Shown: one piece after another, positions 9,593-17,866 of the stretch
Position numbering within the stretch: the stretch's first letter is position 1
Layout of the letters: every line of letters begins with the position of its first letter
Notes under the pieces: model-generated
Databases searched by the model: none
What the model was told of the DNA's origin: nothing
Seen by the model: only the letters and a program-made list of their open reading frames with translations
Assembly (NCBI RefSeq): GCF_000253055.1
Contig: NC_016070.1
Span: forward strand, 1,650,001-1,682,000
Direction of reading: 5' to 3'
DNA length: 32,000 nucleotides
DNA from: Thermoproteus tenax Kra 1
GTDB taxonomy: Archaea > Thermoproteota > Thermoprotei > Thermoproteales > Thermoproteaceae
Position numbers and translations under genes: made by a program

Positions 9593-10372
9593 CTAGAGGC
9601 ATTGGACGTAGCCTCCATCGATCGAGATAAGGGATCCGGTGATGTAGCTTGCTCTATCGGACGCAAGAAACGCAACTAGCTCCCCCACCTCCTCAGGCTT
9701 CGCCATTCGACCTAATGGTATCTCTTGGGACATTGCTCTCAGGATCTCCTCGATCGGTTTTCCCTCCTTGGCCGCTCTATCTTTAGCCAACTCTAGTACT
9801 CTCTCGGTCTCCACATAGCCCTGCAACACGCCGTTTACTAATATATTGTACGGCGCTAACTGATAAGCCAACGTTTTGACGAGGCCTGCCAGAGATAGTC
9901 TGACGACATTCGAGAGGGTCAGATTAGGGAGAGGCCTCTTCAAAGTCAGCGACGTGATATAGATTAGTCTCCCTTGCCTCCTCTGAATCATATGGTTCAA
10001 TACGTCTCTGGTGAGCCACACAGCGCTCAATAACAAGAGCTTGACCGCATAGTCCCAATCGGCCTCGGTCAGCTCTAGGAAGGCGCCCGGCTTTGGAGGG
10101 CCTGTGTTATAAACCAGTATATCGATCCTCCCGAAGCTCTCTAGCGCCGACTTAGTTATAGAGGCGACCTCCTCCCTTTTAGTCAAATCTGCCTTCACGG
10201 CTACTACCTCAGCCCCGTACTCGGACTTTATCTCGTCTGCGGTCTTAGTCAGTCTCTCGAAGTCTCTCGAGGCGATGACCAAGCTGGCACCCTCGCGGGC
10301 TAGAACTTTAGCTACGCCCTTGCCGATCCCTCTGCTGGCCGCAGTGACTATGGCGACCCTTCCCTTGAGCAT
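9593..10372 (-). CDS. short-chain dehydrogenase/reductase (FabG-like SDR)
   Basis: MLKGRVAIVTAASRGIGKG (TGxxxGxG-type Rossmann motif) is present, with an NTG motif and an S...Y..xK-type catalytic layout. I use the ATG at 10372 (MLKGRV) rather than the longer track ORF that reaches 10414. Confidence 0.85.
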   Translation of the reverse strand: MLKGRVAIVTAASRGIGKGVAKVLAREGASLVIASRDFERLTKTADEIKSEYGAEVVAVKADLTKREEVASITKSALESFGRIDILVYNTGPPKPGAFLELTEADWDYAVKLLLLSAVWLTRDVLNHMIQRRQGRLIYITSLTLKRPLPNLTLSNVVRLSLAGLVKTLAYQLAPYNILVNGVLQGYVETERVLELAKDRAAKEGKPIEEILRAMSQEIPLGRMAKPEEVGELVAFLASDRASYITGSLISIDGGYVQCL

Positions 10373-10373
10373 G

Positions 10374-11302
10374 CTACTTGATCTCAATGAATATATATTT
10401 CCTACACACTTCACGAATGGGGCATGAGTCGCACATCAGCTTGGAGCAATAGTTCCGGCCTACGAAGTATGCGCCTTTTTCATAATTGAGGGGATCTCCG
10501 CTGAGATACGCCGTCGATCTCACGAGGCCTCTGATAGATCTGAGGCGCACTTTGACCTTCTCGTAACGGCCCTCTCTATCCATTCGAAGGAGCTCTCTGG
10601 CGATCCTCTGTTTAAGCCTCTGGCTGGGAAGCGTGTCGATGTCCTCAAAGGCGCCGCTCCTCAGAGTCACAAGCGATGTGTATATGTCGCCGTGTACCTT
10701 GTATTTTCTAAGCTCTCTATCGTTGTAGGCTATTGTATAAGCCAATGGGATGTTGTTTCTATCTATGAAGATCCTCATAAAGGCCTTAACTCCTCTGTCT
10801 GCAGAGGGACCTCCCAGCCCGTCAAACAATATCCTCCTTATATCATTCTCAAATCTATCGATTTTTTTCTGTTTTAAAATCCAGATATAAATATTATTCC
10901 TGTTTAAATTTTCTAAAATATTTAAAACTTTATTTGTATAATTTTCAATGTTCTTTTTATCTAAATAATCAATTAAACTATATATTATATTTCTAATAGA
11001 TGATGCTGAAAATTTATTTATTTTTATAAAATTTTCAGAGTATATTTTTATTAAATTATCTATATTTCCTCTGCTGAAGGCCAGAAGAAATGATATTATT
11101 GCAAAATAATATATTAATCTATCTATTTGTTTTATATTTAACAAATTATTCTTAATAGTATTAATATCAGAATTTTTATATGTCTCTATTATTGATTTCA
11201 CTTGATCTGCAGTATATTTCAGTTCTCTCGGTAGGGTTGATATTAGGTTATCCTCTACGCCTCTGCCGGCCTTAAGCAACGCCTCTCTGACCGCTTGAGC
11301 CA
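10374..11302 (-). CDS. hypothetical protein; C-terminal part resembles a helix-hairpin-helix DNA-glycosylase-like fold with a C-terminal Cys cluster (tentative)
   Basis: The C-terminal region has GVKAFMRIFIDR...KVHGDIYTSLVTLRSG...DPLNYEKGAYFVG...CSKLMCDSCPIREVC (C-x4-C-x2-C-x5-C). The middle roughly 115 aa is an N/I/K-rich segment encoded by an extremely AT-rich tract. The track ORF extends to 11597 but that part is antisense to cdd. I take the GTG at 11302 as a tentative start. Confidence 0.5.
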
Positions 11303-11330
11303 CTGAAAGCTTTATTCCCCTTATATTTTT

Positions 11331-11723
11331 ATGGAGGACTTGATCGCGAAGGCCCGCGACGCTCTGAAGAACGCCTATGCTCCATACTCCAACTTCCGCG
11401 TGGGCGCAGCGGTACTCACAAAAAGCGGGAGAATATACACGGGGGCCAACGTCGAGAACGCAAGCTATGGGCTCACAATGTGCGCAGAGAGAGTCGCCGT
11501 CTTTAAGGCTGTAACCGAGGGGGACAGGGACATTGAGGCCGTAGCTATAGTGAGCGATGCGGGAGAGCTCGTGCCGCCCTGTGGGGCCTGCAGACAAGTC
11601 ATAGCCGAGTTTAACCCAAACGCTCTGATAATAATGGCCACAGCCGACGGCTCAAAGAGGCTTGTAGTGCGCCTGAGAGACCTCCTGCCTATGTCGTTCA
11701 GTAGAGAGCTCTTAAAGAGATAG
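11331..11723 (+). CDS. cdd: cytidine deaminase
   Basis: YAPYSNFRVGAA, CAERVA (zinc/catalytic Glu motif) and PCGACRQ are present in a 130-aa ORF. Confidence 0.9.
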   Translation: MEDLIAKARDALKNAYAPYSNFRVGAAVLTKSGRIYTGANVENASYGLTMCAERVAVFKAVTEGDRDIEAVAIVSDAGELVPPCGACRQVIAEFNPNALIIMATADGSKRLVVRLRDLLPMSFSRELLKR

Positions 11724-12454
11724 CTCAACGTAGGTGTCAGGGTATTGGCCTCTCTCGTCTTTCTCGTACTTCTTGACCATATCCCATATAGTCAACAGGG
11801 CTGTGCCGACTGAGAACAACGCCTCTAAACTGGGCGATGCGTCGCGAGCCTTCAAGACGGCCTCTATGTAGACGCCGTCTGAGACAAACTCTATTCTGCT
11901 GTTTGCGTACTCAAGCTTGAGACATTCGACAGGCAACAGCTCGCACAGCCTCTTGGCACTAAGCGGCACGACAATCTTGGCCGCGCATATGGGATCGCCT
12001 TTCTCGACCCGGCCTGCTTTATAATATCGATAGACTTCAAGTGTATATATCCGCTGGCCCTAGCTATATAGCCCACCTCGGGCCTTGTTATGCTTGAGAC
12101 CTCAACTGCGGCGCCCTCGTCTAGCTTCACGTCAGTGCCCTTGACCTTAAGCGTGACGAACAGCCTCTTAATCTCGGTAGAGCCAGACGCTATGGCTCCT
12201 ACAAGCGCGCCGAACAAAGCGTCCATCTCGACGCCTGTCTTCCACCGAGTCCAAGCCTCTGCTCTTATCTCTCCGGCGTTGCAATGCGCGGCGGCCTGTA
12301 GGGGGATCGGGTGCAATAACGGAATGTATCTATACGCGTTTTTGACGGCCTTGACAGCCGCTTGAACACAGACGTCCGGGCGGTCTGTTGAAGACAGAGC
12401 GATGGCCTCTGCGTATCTTCCTATGTCCTCTTTCGACGAGATGTCAACCATCAT
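11712..12454 (-). pseudogene. moaC: MoaC-like (cyclic pyranopterin monophosphate synthase) locus: two fused MoaC-like modules, reading frame broken near 11995-12015
   Basis: Track ORFs 11891..12454 and 11712..11969 are in different frames. The second frame read upstream gives ...VEKGDPICAAKIVVPLSAKRLCELLP..., which continues ...VEVSSITRPEVGYIARASGYIHLKSIDIIKQAG from the first frame. The C-terminus ALLTIWDMVKKYEKDERGQYP is classic archaeal MoaC. The N-terminal roughly 108 aa is a second, shortened MoaC-like module (MVDISSKE..., IPLLHPIPL, TGVEMDAL). This could be a sequencing error rather than a true pseudogene. Confidence 0.6.
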
Positions 12455-12530
12455 CTACTCCATCTACGATTTTGTGAATTAAACCTTAGACGCCAAGAGA
12501 CAACATAAATATCAGAGGCTCATCCTTGTC

Positions 12531-12950
12531 GTGCCCGATGACGTCAAAATAAAATACAGAATTTGGGTCGAATGGGGCACTAACCAGATCATAGGGCCCG
12601 GCATTTATGATATACTAAAGGCTATAGAGGAGACCGGCTCTATAGCCTCCGCCGCGAGAAAACTTGGTTTTTCATATAAATTCATATGGACTTATTTAAA
12701 GAAGCTAGAGGATATACTACAAGTTCCATTAGTTCAATCAAAGAGAGGTGGAAAGGAGCGGGGGAAGACTGAATTGACAGAAATTGGACAAATTTTGTTA
12801 AAATACTACGAGGATATGAATAAGGAAATCAATACGATACTGCCAGCGTGGGAAAGTAAGTTTAAAGAAGTACTAAATTCGCTGGATAAATATAGAGTTC
12901 AGGAGGCTGAGACGGGCGAGGAGGAGTTGCCCTTCTACAGCGAAGAATAG
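12531..12950 (+). CDS. ModE-family N-terminal winged-helix transcriptional regulator (no Mop domains)
   Basis: IGPGIYDILKAIEETGSIASAARKLGFSYKFIWTYLKKLE...SKRGGKERGKTELTEIG matches the ModE/LysR-type HTH pattern. The gene sits between moaC and moaA. GTG start. Confidence 0.7.
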   Translation: MPDDVKIKYRIWVEWGTNQIIGPGIYDILKAIEETGSIASAARKLGFSYKFIWTYLKKLEDILQVPLVQSKRGGKERGKTELTEIGQILLKYYEDMNKEINTILPAWESKFKEVLNSLDKYRVQEAETGEEELPFYSEE

Positions 12951-13873
12951 CTAAGTTTAAAGGTCGGCTCTCTCAGGTAGACGACTCTAGCGACTTCCCT
13001 GATGAGCGCCTCTGCGTTCCTCTCCTTTATCGGCCTATACAGGTCTGCGGCGGGCTCCCTATATAGGCATGGCTTGAGCTTGCCGTCGCTAGTGAGTCTC
13101 ATAGTTGTACAGCCTGCACAGAAGTATGGGTTGTTCCAATTTTTCACTATCTCCACCTTGACTCCTCCCACATAGAACACCGGGCGATTGTGGAGGTCCT
13201 TCCTCGTATACATAGGTCTGGCCCCCATATTGAGCAAGTGCGCTATCATGTTCTCGGCCGGCGAGTACAGCTCGTTGAAGATCTTTGCTCCGGAGCCTAC
13301 GGGCATGAGCTCTATCAACTGCAACGATGCTCCGACCGAGGACGCTAGCTTTACGAGCGACTTTAGGGAGGAGCCATCGTCGTTTATGCCCCTCAATATG
13401 ACGGCGTTTATCTTGATGTCTATGCCAGCCTGATGCGCAACGTCTATGCCCTCAAGAACTCTCTTGTACCACCCCCTCGGCGTATTGGTGACTTTCGAGA
13501 ATTTGTCGGGATCCGCAACGTGGAGAGATACGTTGGCCCTATCAAGGCCGGCCGAGGCCAGCTCTCTCGCCAACTCGGCTAACCTGAAGCCGTTCGTGGT
13601 CATCGATATCTTCACAGAGCCTCTCTTCATCCTCCTCACAATGTCCACTATATCGGCCCTCAGCAGCGGCTCACCGCCTGTCAGTTTGAAGTCATATACG
13701 CCTATCTTGGCAAGCGTTTCGGCCAAGAATCCGTAGTCGTCAGCGTTCAACTTCGGCCCTACAACTCTCGGCTGTCCCTCGAAGTGACAGAAAATACATG
13801 AGAAATTACATACGTCGTTTACAACTATCCTCAGCTTCAGGAAAGGTCTGCCGAATTTATCAAGTAGTACCAC
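12935..13873 (-). CDS. moaA: GTP 3',8-cyclase MoaA (radical SAM)
   Basis: The radical SAM motif CNFSCIFC (CxxxCxxC) is near the N-terminus, LTGGEPLL follows, and a C-terminal CAGC...C cluster is present. GTG start. Confidence 0.92.
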   Translation of the reverse strand: MVLLDKFGRPFLKLRIVVNDVCNFSCIFCHFEGQPRVVGPKLNADDYGFLAETLAKIGVYDFKLTGGEPLLRADIVDIVRRMKRGSVKISMTTNGFRLAELARELASAGLDRANVSLHVADPDKFSKVTNTPRGWYKRVLEGIDVAHQAGIDIKINAVILRGINDDGSSLKSLVKLASSVGASLQLIELMPVGSGAKIFNELYSPAENMIAHLLNMGARPMYTRKDLHNRPVFYVGGVKVEIVKNWNNPYFCAGCTTMRLTSDGKLKPCLYREPAADLYRPIKERNAEALIREVARVVYLREPTFKLSYSSL

Positions 13874-14057
13874 TGAGATATTCTCGTTTTAGATTAATAT
13901 CGATTCGGCGGTTTCATCGAGGGCCACACGGTAGCAAATATTCCTTATGGGCGATTATGTAAACTATACGTATACTTGACTCAGAAGATTGTTTAAACGC
14001 AGGAAGGCTACAGCAATCTTAGCCCAGATCACAGGAGATATGAACGGCGAGGAATAC

Positions 14058-14066
14058 CATATAAAA
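14058..14066 (+). promoter_or_regulatory. TATA-like box upstream of the kinase gene
   Basis: CATATAAAA lies about 21-29 bp upstream of the ATG at 14087. Confidence 0.4.
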
Positions 14067-14086
14067 CGGCCGAGAGATAGAGTCGG

Positions 14087-15583
14087 ATGCTCCTGGCGGT
14101 TCTGCCTTTAGCGTATCAGACTAGGAAGATAGTACGAAGCCACGAGCTCCTAGTGTACTCCCTTTTCGGTTTAATATTTATTCAAAGCATTTTTATAAAG
14201 AACTATATTGAAGAATCTATATATACAGCAATTATTTCTATTATTCTAATAAGAATATTAATTGATAGATCAAAAAATATTACTAGAATTTTATTATATG
14301 GAATCTACATCTTTAAGCTGTACTATGATACTAGCCTATTCCTAGAAGGTCAATATGTCATCTATAACGTCATAATTGATATATTAATAATTATTTTATC
14401 AATATTATCTATAGAATTATATTCACAAATTTATTATAAAATTAATAATATAAATGATATTGTTATTCCCTCGCTTTTTGCGTTATTAGTCCAGACGCCG
14501 TACGCAATAGCGTTGCCTGCGCTCCAGGGACTCTTCTTCGCGGTGTTCAACATATCTCTTATCTACTCTCCATTAATACTATTGTCACTTATATTAAATT
14601 ATTTTATAAATTTTTACATTTTCAATATAAGTAATTTTAATTTGTTATTTATATGGATCGATTTTCTCCTTTTTTTGATAACATATTTCTCCTTCCACCG
14701 CAGATTGTCCTTCAGGAGCTCGGCGCCTCCCATAGGATGGCTCAACTCGTGGTTGGCCGGCAAATACTATGTGAACGACGTCATAGGCGTTGGCGGATTT
14801 AGCTACGTGTTAAGAGTCTCGACGGGCAGAGAGGTTATGGCTCTGAAGGTGTTGAGATATACTGACGACAGAGGAATGCCGTTGGCCTCGAGTTGGGACG
14901 TGATAAGGATCTTCGGGCAAGAGATGAACCGCTATCTGCAAGTTTCATCAGACTATGTAGTGAGGGCGTACGAGGTGTCGATACCATCAAGCGAGTATAA
15001 GTCTATGGGCGAGTACATGAAAAATCCGCCCTACATGGTACTGGAGTACATGGCCGGGGGCTCGTTGAGAGAGTATTTAACGGAGAGAGGTCCCCTATCA
15101 CTCAATGAATTTATAAATATATTTATACAAATATCAAAAGGATTATACGATATACATAAAAATAATTTAGTTCATTTAGATATTAAACCAGAAAATATAA
15201 TGTTTAAAGACATAGAGAGAAAACACGTAAAGATAGGCGACCTAGGCATAGCCAAGTTGGCCGTGGGCAAGATGGTGTCAGCCTCCTATCTATCGCCTGC
15301 CTACGCGGCGCCCGAGGTTTTGAAGAGCCAGTTGGGCTCCAAGGAGTCAGACATATACTCTCTGGGTTGTGTCATGTACGAGAGTCTGACAGGCATAAAT
15401 CCACAGTCGTTCGTTTTAAACAACTACGAGGTGCCGCCGCCCGATAGATACAGGCCCGACATCCCGGCCTGGCTCTCGAGCCTTATAATGTCCATGTTAT
15501 CGCCTGTGCCTGAGATGAGGCCGACTATTGAGCAGGTGTTAAACTCTCTCGAGAATGGCGTGCAGACGATATGGCCCCGTTAA
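14087..15583 (+). CDS. membrane-anchored Hanks-type Ser/Thr protein kinase
   Basis: The N-terminal roughly 200 aa is strongly hydrophobic with multiple predicted TM helices. The C-terminus has GVGGFSYV, ALKV, HLDIKPENIMF, IGDLGIAK and SPAYAAPE. Confidence 0.85.
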   Translation: MLLAVLPLAYQTRKIVRSHELLVYSLFGLIFIQSIFIKNYIEESIYTAIISIILIRILIDRSKNITRILLYGIYIFKLYYDTSLFLEGQYVIYNVIIDILIIILSILSIELYSQIYYKINNINDIVIPSLFALLVQTPYAIALPALQGLFFAVFNISLIYSPLILLSLILNYFINFYIFNISNFNLLFIWIDFLLFLITYFSFHRRLSFRSSAPPIGWLNSWLAGKYYVNDVIGVGGFSYVLRVSTGREVMALKVLRYTDDRGMPLASSWDVIRIFGQEMNRYLQVSSDYVVRAYEVSIPSSEYKSMGEYMKNPPYMVLEYMAGGSLREYLTERGPLSLNEFINIFIQISKGLYDIHKNNLVHLDIKPENIMFKDIERKHVKIGDLGIAKLAVGKMVSASYLSPAYAAPEVLKSQLGSKESDIYSLGCVMYESLTGINPQSFVLNNYEVPPPDRYRPDIPAWLSSLIMSMLSPVPEMRPTIEQVLNSLENGVQTIWPR

Positions 15584-15714
15584 TCTGACCAGTTCTTCGG
15601 AGAGTCGATTTCAAGTTTTCTCGGCAGGTCTGGTAGGTGCCGACCTGAAACCGCCAACCCTACAGGGTTAAGAGTTCTTCTCCAAAATGATATTCCCATC
15701 CCTCAACCATATTT

Positions 15715-16321
15715 TAATAACGAGCTCCGGTCCCGGGGCCCGGCGAAATGGGCGCAAGACTTAACGAAAACGTATGACTCTCTCCCCGCCTAGGTGGGGT
15801 CTCCACCGTTGCGACCTCGCCCGTTGCCCCCTTCGTGGTTAATCCGCTCGACATTGGACAACGGGCCTCCATCCTCCCCGGCGCCGGCGCTCTGAGGCCG
15901 ACCCTCGCGGCGTTCAGCGCGGCGTTGAACCTCCTGCGGACGTACAGCCTTGTCCCGTGCTCTGCCGATACCTCCGTCAATCTCCGCACGAGCCCTCTAC
16001 AGCCCCGTACGTCGACCACGTGCTCGCTCTGCCGCCCGTGCGCTACGCCCTCGGGTATCCGGCGTATACCTCAGAGACCCCCCGATTCCCGCAACATCTC
16101 AGCGAGCCCTCTGACCGCTGTATTTCGATAATGACCTCTATCATCCTCCAGAGCGCCTTTAGGTAGAGGCGGTGCCGCCCCGCTCATTGCCGATGCCGCC
16201 CTTCGTTTAAGTTTGCCCCCGCGCGGCGCCCGCCGCGACCCCTCCCTTCCGCTGTCTTCGCCGGCCCCGCCATGAAAGTTATAGATGCTTAAATCCACCC
16301 CCGCCCTGAAGGGCGAGGCTT
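15715..16321 (-). mobile_element. decayed IS200/IS605-type element (deletion derivative with degenerate tnpB remnant)
   Basis: Read on the minus strand it shows the end hairpin motif AAGCCTCGCCCTTCAGGGCGGGGG (hairpin 16302-16315 on plus). A degenerate TnpB C-terminal remnant follows (...RRFNAALNAARVGL... then the tail LTTKGATGEVATVETPPRRGESH). The GC-rich end motif lies at 15725-15758. Track ORFs 15714..16019, 15835..16131, 15957..16166 and 16071..16298 lie within it and are not credible genes. Confidence 0.6.
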
Positions 16322-16349
16322 GTTATTTGCGATGGCACGGCTCAGATCA

Positions 16350-16358
16350 TTTTATAAA
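16350..16358 (+). promoter_or_regulatory. TATA-like box upstream of the FHA gene
   Basis: TTTTATAAA lies about 22-30 bp upstream of the ATG at 16380. Confidence 0.4.
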
Positions 16359-16379
16359 GTGCATGTAGAATAAGGTACA

Positions 16380-16832
16380 ATGCCGTGGAAGTGCCCTGTA
16401 TGCGGCACTGAGAATCCGGACGAGCTCAACACATGTCGTATCTGCGGCGCCTATAGGCCCACTGCTACTACGGTTAACTTATCGCAAGCCGACGCCAAGA
16501 TATCTGTGGCGTTTGCAGCGCTCTTAGTTGAAGTACTTGACTCGCCTGTGAAAAGCCTCGTGGGCCTAGTTAAAAGGATAGATCTGACCTCCAAAAACGG
16601 CATAGTCACTGTGGGACGCTCGCTTGAGAACGACGTGGTTATATTGGACCCCTCAGTCTCCAGGAGACACCTAAGGGTAATAATAGCCAGAGATGGCCTT
16701 ATAATTGAGGACCTCCAGAGCACTAACGGCACCTACCTCTTGCCCAAAGGCGAGAGGATAAACGTGGCCAAAGTCGGGAGAGAGGCCTTGGTCAAAATCG
16801 GCGAATCGATCTTGAGGTTTATCCTAGAGTAG
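16380..16832 (+). CDS. zinc-ribbon + FHA domain protein (ArnA-like architecture)
   Basis: The N-terminus is CPVCGTENPDELNTCRICG. The C-terminus VTVGRSLENDVVILDPSVSRRHLRV...STNGTYL is the canonical FHA pattern (G-R...S-x-x-H...N-G). Confidence 0.85.
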   Translation: MPWKCPVCGTENPDELNTCRICGAYRPTATTVNLSQADAKISVAFAALLVEVLDSPVKSLVGLVKRIDLTSKNGIVTVGRSLENDVVILDPSVSRRHLRVIIARDGLIIEDLQSTNGTYLLPKGERINVAKVGREALVKIGESILRFILE

Positions 16833-17699
16833 ATCTAGGGTTCGCGCCAGGGGAATTGCGCCGTCCTCTGTGATCAGAAACGTGTCTTCAAACTGCGACA
16901 CCAGCCCTCCTCCGCCCTCTATCAATACCTCGTAGCCGTAAATCGAGCCATCGCTTAAAGCGTCGCGGTAGAACGACTCAGGTATATCGGGGAACCATCT
17001 AGGTGTAAAGGGCAACATATTAACATTACTATATATTTTATCTATATAATTTTGATGTTTTTTCGATTTCATTCTATTTAGTTTATATATAGTTATTTGT
17101 TTTCCATCAATTACAAGACCTTTACCATTTGTTGCAAACGGCTCAATTGCGTAGACGTCCCCCGGTCTCATTGTTTGAGCGGCGGACTTATCGCCGTAGT
17201 TCGGCACTACATCGCCGGCGTGTAGATTATAGCGCTCGATCCTGTGGCCTGTCAGATTATAAATAGGTTTGTAGCCGAACGACTTTATGACGGACTCAAT
17301 GACGTCTCCTATCTGCCACGCCCTCAGCCCCGGCCTTAACGCCTCAAAGGCCCTCTTGAGCGCGTTGTACGAAGCCCTTATGAGCCCATCGTAGGCGTTT
17401 GTGCCCAACGAGACCGTCACTGCGGCATCGACTATATAGCCATCTATGTGGGCCCCTATATCTATCTTCACCACAGAGCCCTTGGGTATTAAGTTGGGAT
17501 CAGCTCTAGTGGCAGTATAGTGGGCGGCCACAGAGCCTATTCCCACATTAACTGGAAACGCGGGAGTCGCTCCAGCATCTCTAATATACTGTTCCACTTT
17601 TTCGCACAGCTCTAACACTGGCATGTCAGGATGCACTATGTCCATTGCGTACTTAAGCGCCTTGTGTACGATGTCGCCGACGTTGATATACTCCTTCAC
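16824..17699 (-). CDS. map: methionine aminopeptidase, type 2 (archaeal)
   Basis: FPVNVGIGSVAAHYT, KIDIGAHIDGYIVDAA, GHRIERY..HAG and FEDTFLITEDG are present in a 291-aa ORF. Confidence 0.92.
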   Translation of the reverse strand: MKEYINVGDIVHKALKYAMDIVHPDMPVLELCEKVEQYIRDAGATPAFPVNVGIGSVAAHYTATRADPNLIPKGSVVKIDIGAHIDGYIVDAAVTVSLGTNAYDGLIRASYNALKRAFEALRPGLRAWQIGDVIESVIKSFGYKPIYNLTGHRIERYNLHAGDVVPNYGDKSAAQTMRPGDVYAIEPFATNGKGLVIDGKQITIYKLNRMKSKKHQNYIDKIYSNVNMLPFTPRWFPDIPESFYRDALSDGSIYGYEVLIEGGGGLVSQFEDTFLITEDGAIPLARTLDLL

Positions 17700-17835
17700 A
17701 GCTTCCTGCTATTATTGATATAAAAATTTTATTCCATAATTCTATATTGGTATATTCATTAAAGTAATTATGTAATATTATATATTGTTCTTATTCTAAG
17801 CTATGCCTCAAGATTTTAGGCATGGGAACACAAAT

Positions 17836-17844
17836 AATTTATAA
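17836..17844 (+). promoter_or_regulatory. TATA-like box upstream of dnaG
   Basis: AATTTATAA lies about 23-31 bp upstream of the ATG at 17867, supporting that start over 17822. Confidence 0.35.
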
Positions 17845-17866
17845 GGAATCGAGGGAGGGTTTTTCC

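Noticed and set aside
11303-11597. N-terminal roughly 98 aa of track ORF 10374..11597.
   Set aside because: This part is antisense to the well-supported cytidine deaminase gene and has no family-like sequence. The real gene most likely starts at a GTG or TTG near 11281-11302.
15625-15647. Hairpin CAGGTC-(11 nt)-GACCTG downstream of the kinase gene, considered as a terminator.
   Set aside because: Archaeal termination is mainly oligo-T driven. The hairpin is short and isolated, and I cannot separate it from chance or from the adjacent IS relic end.
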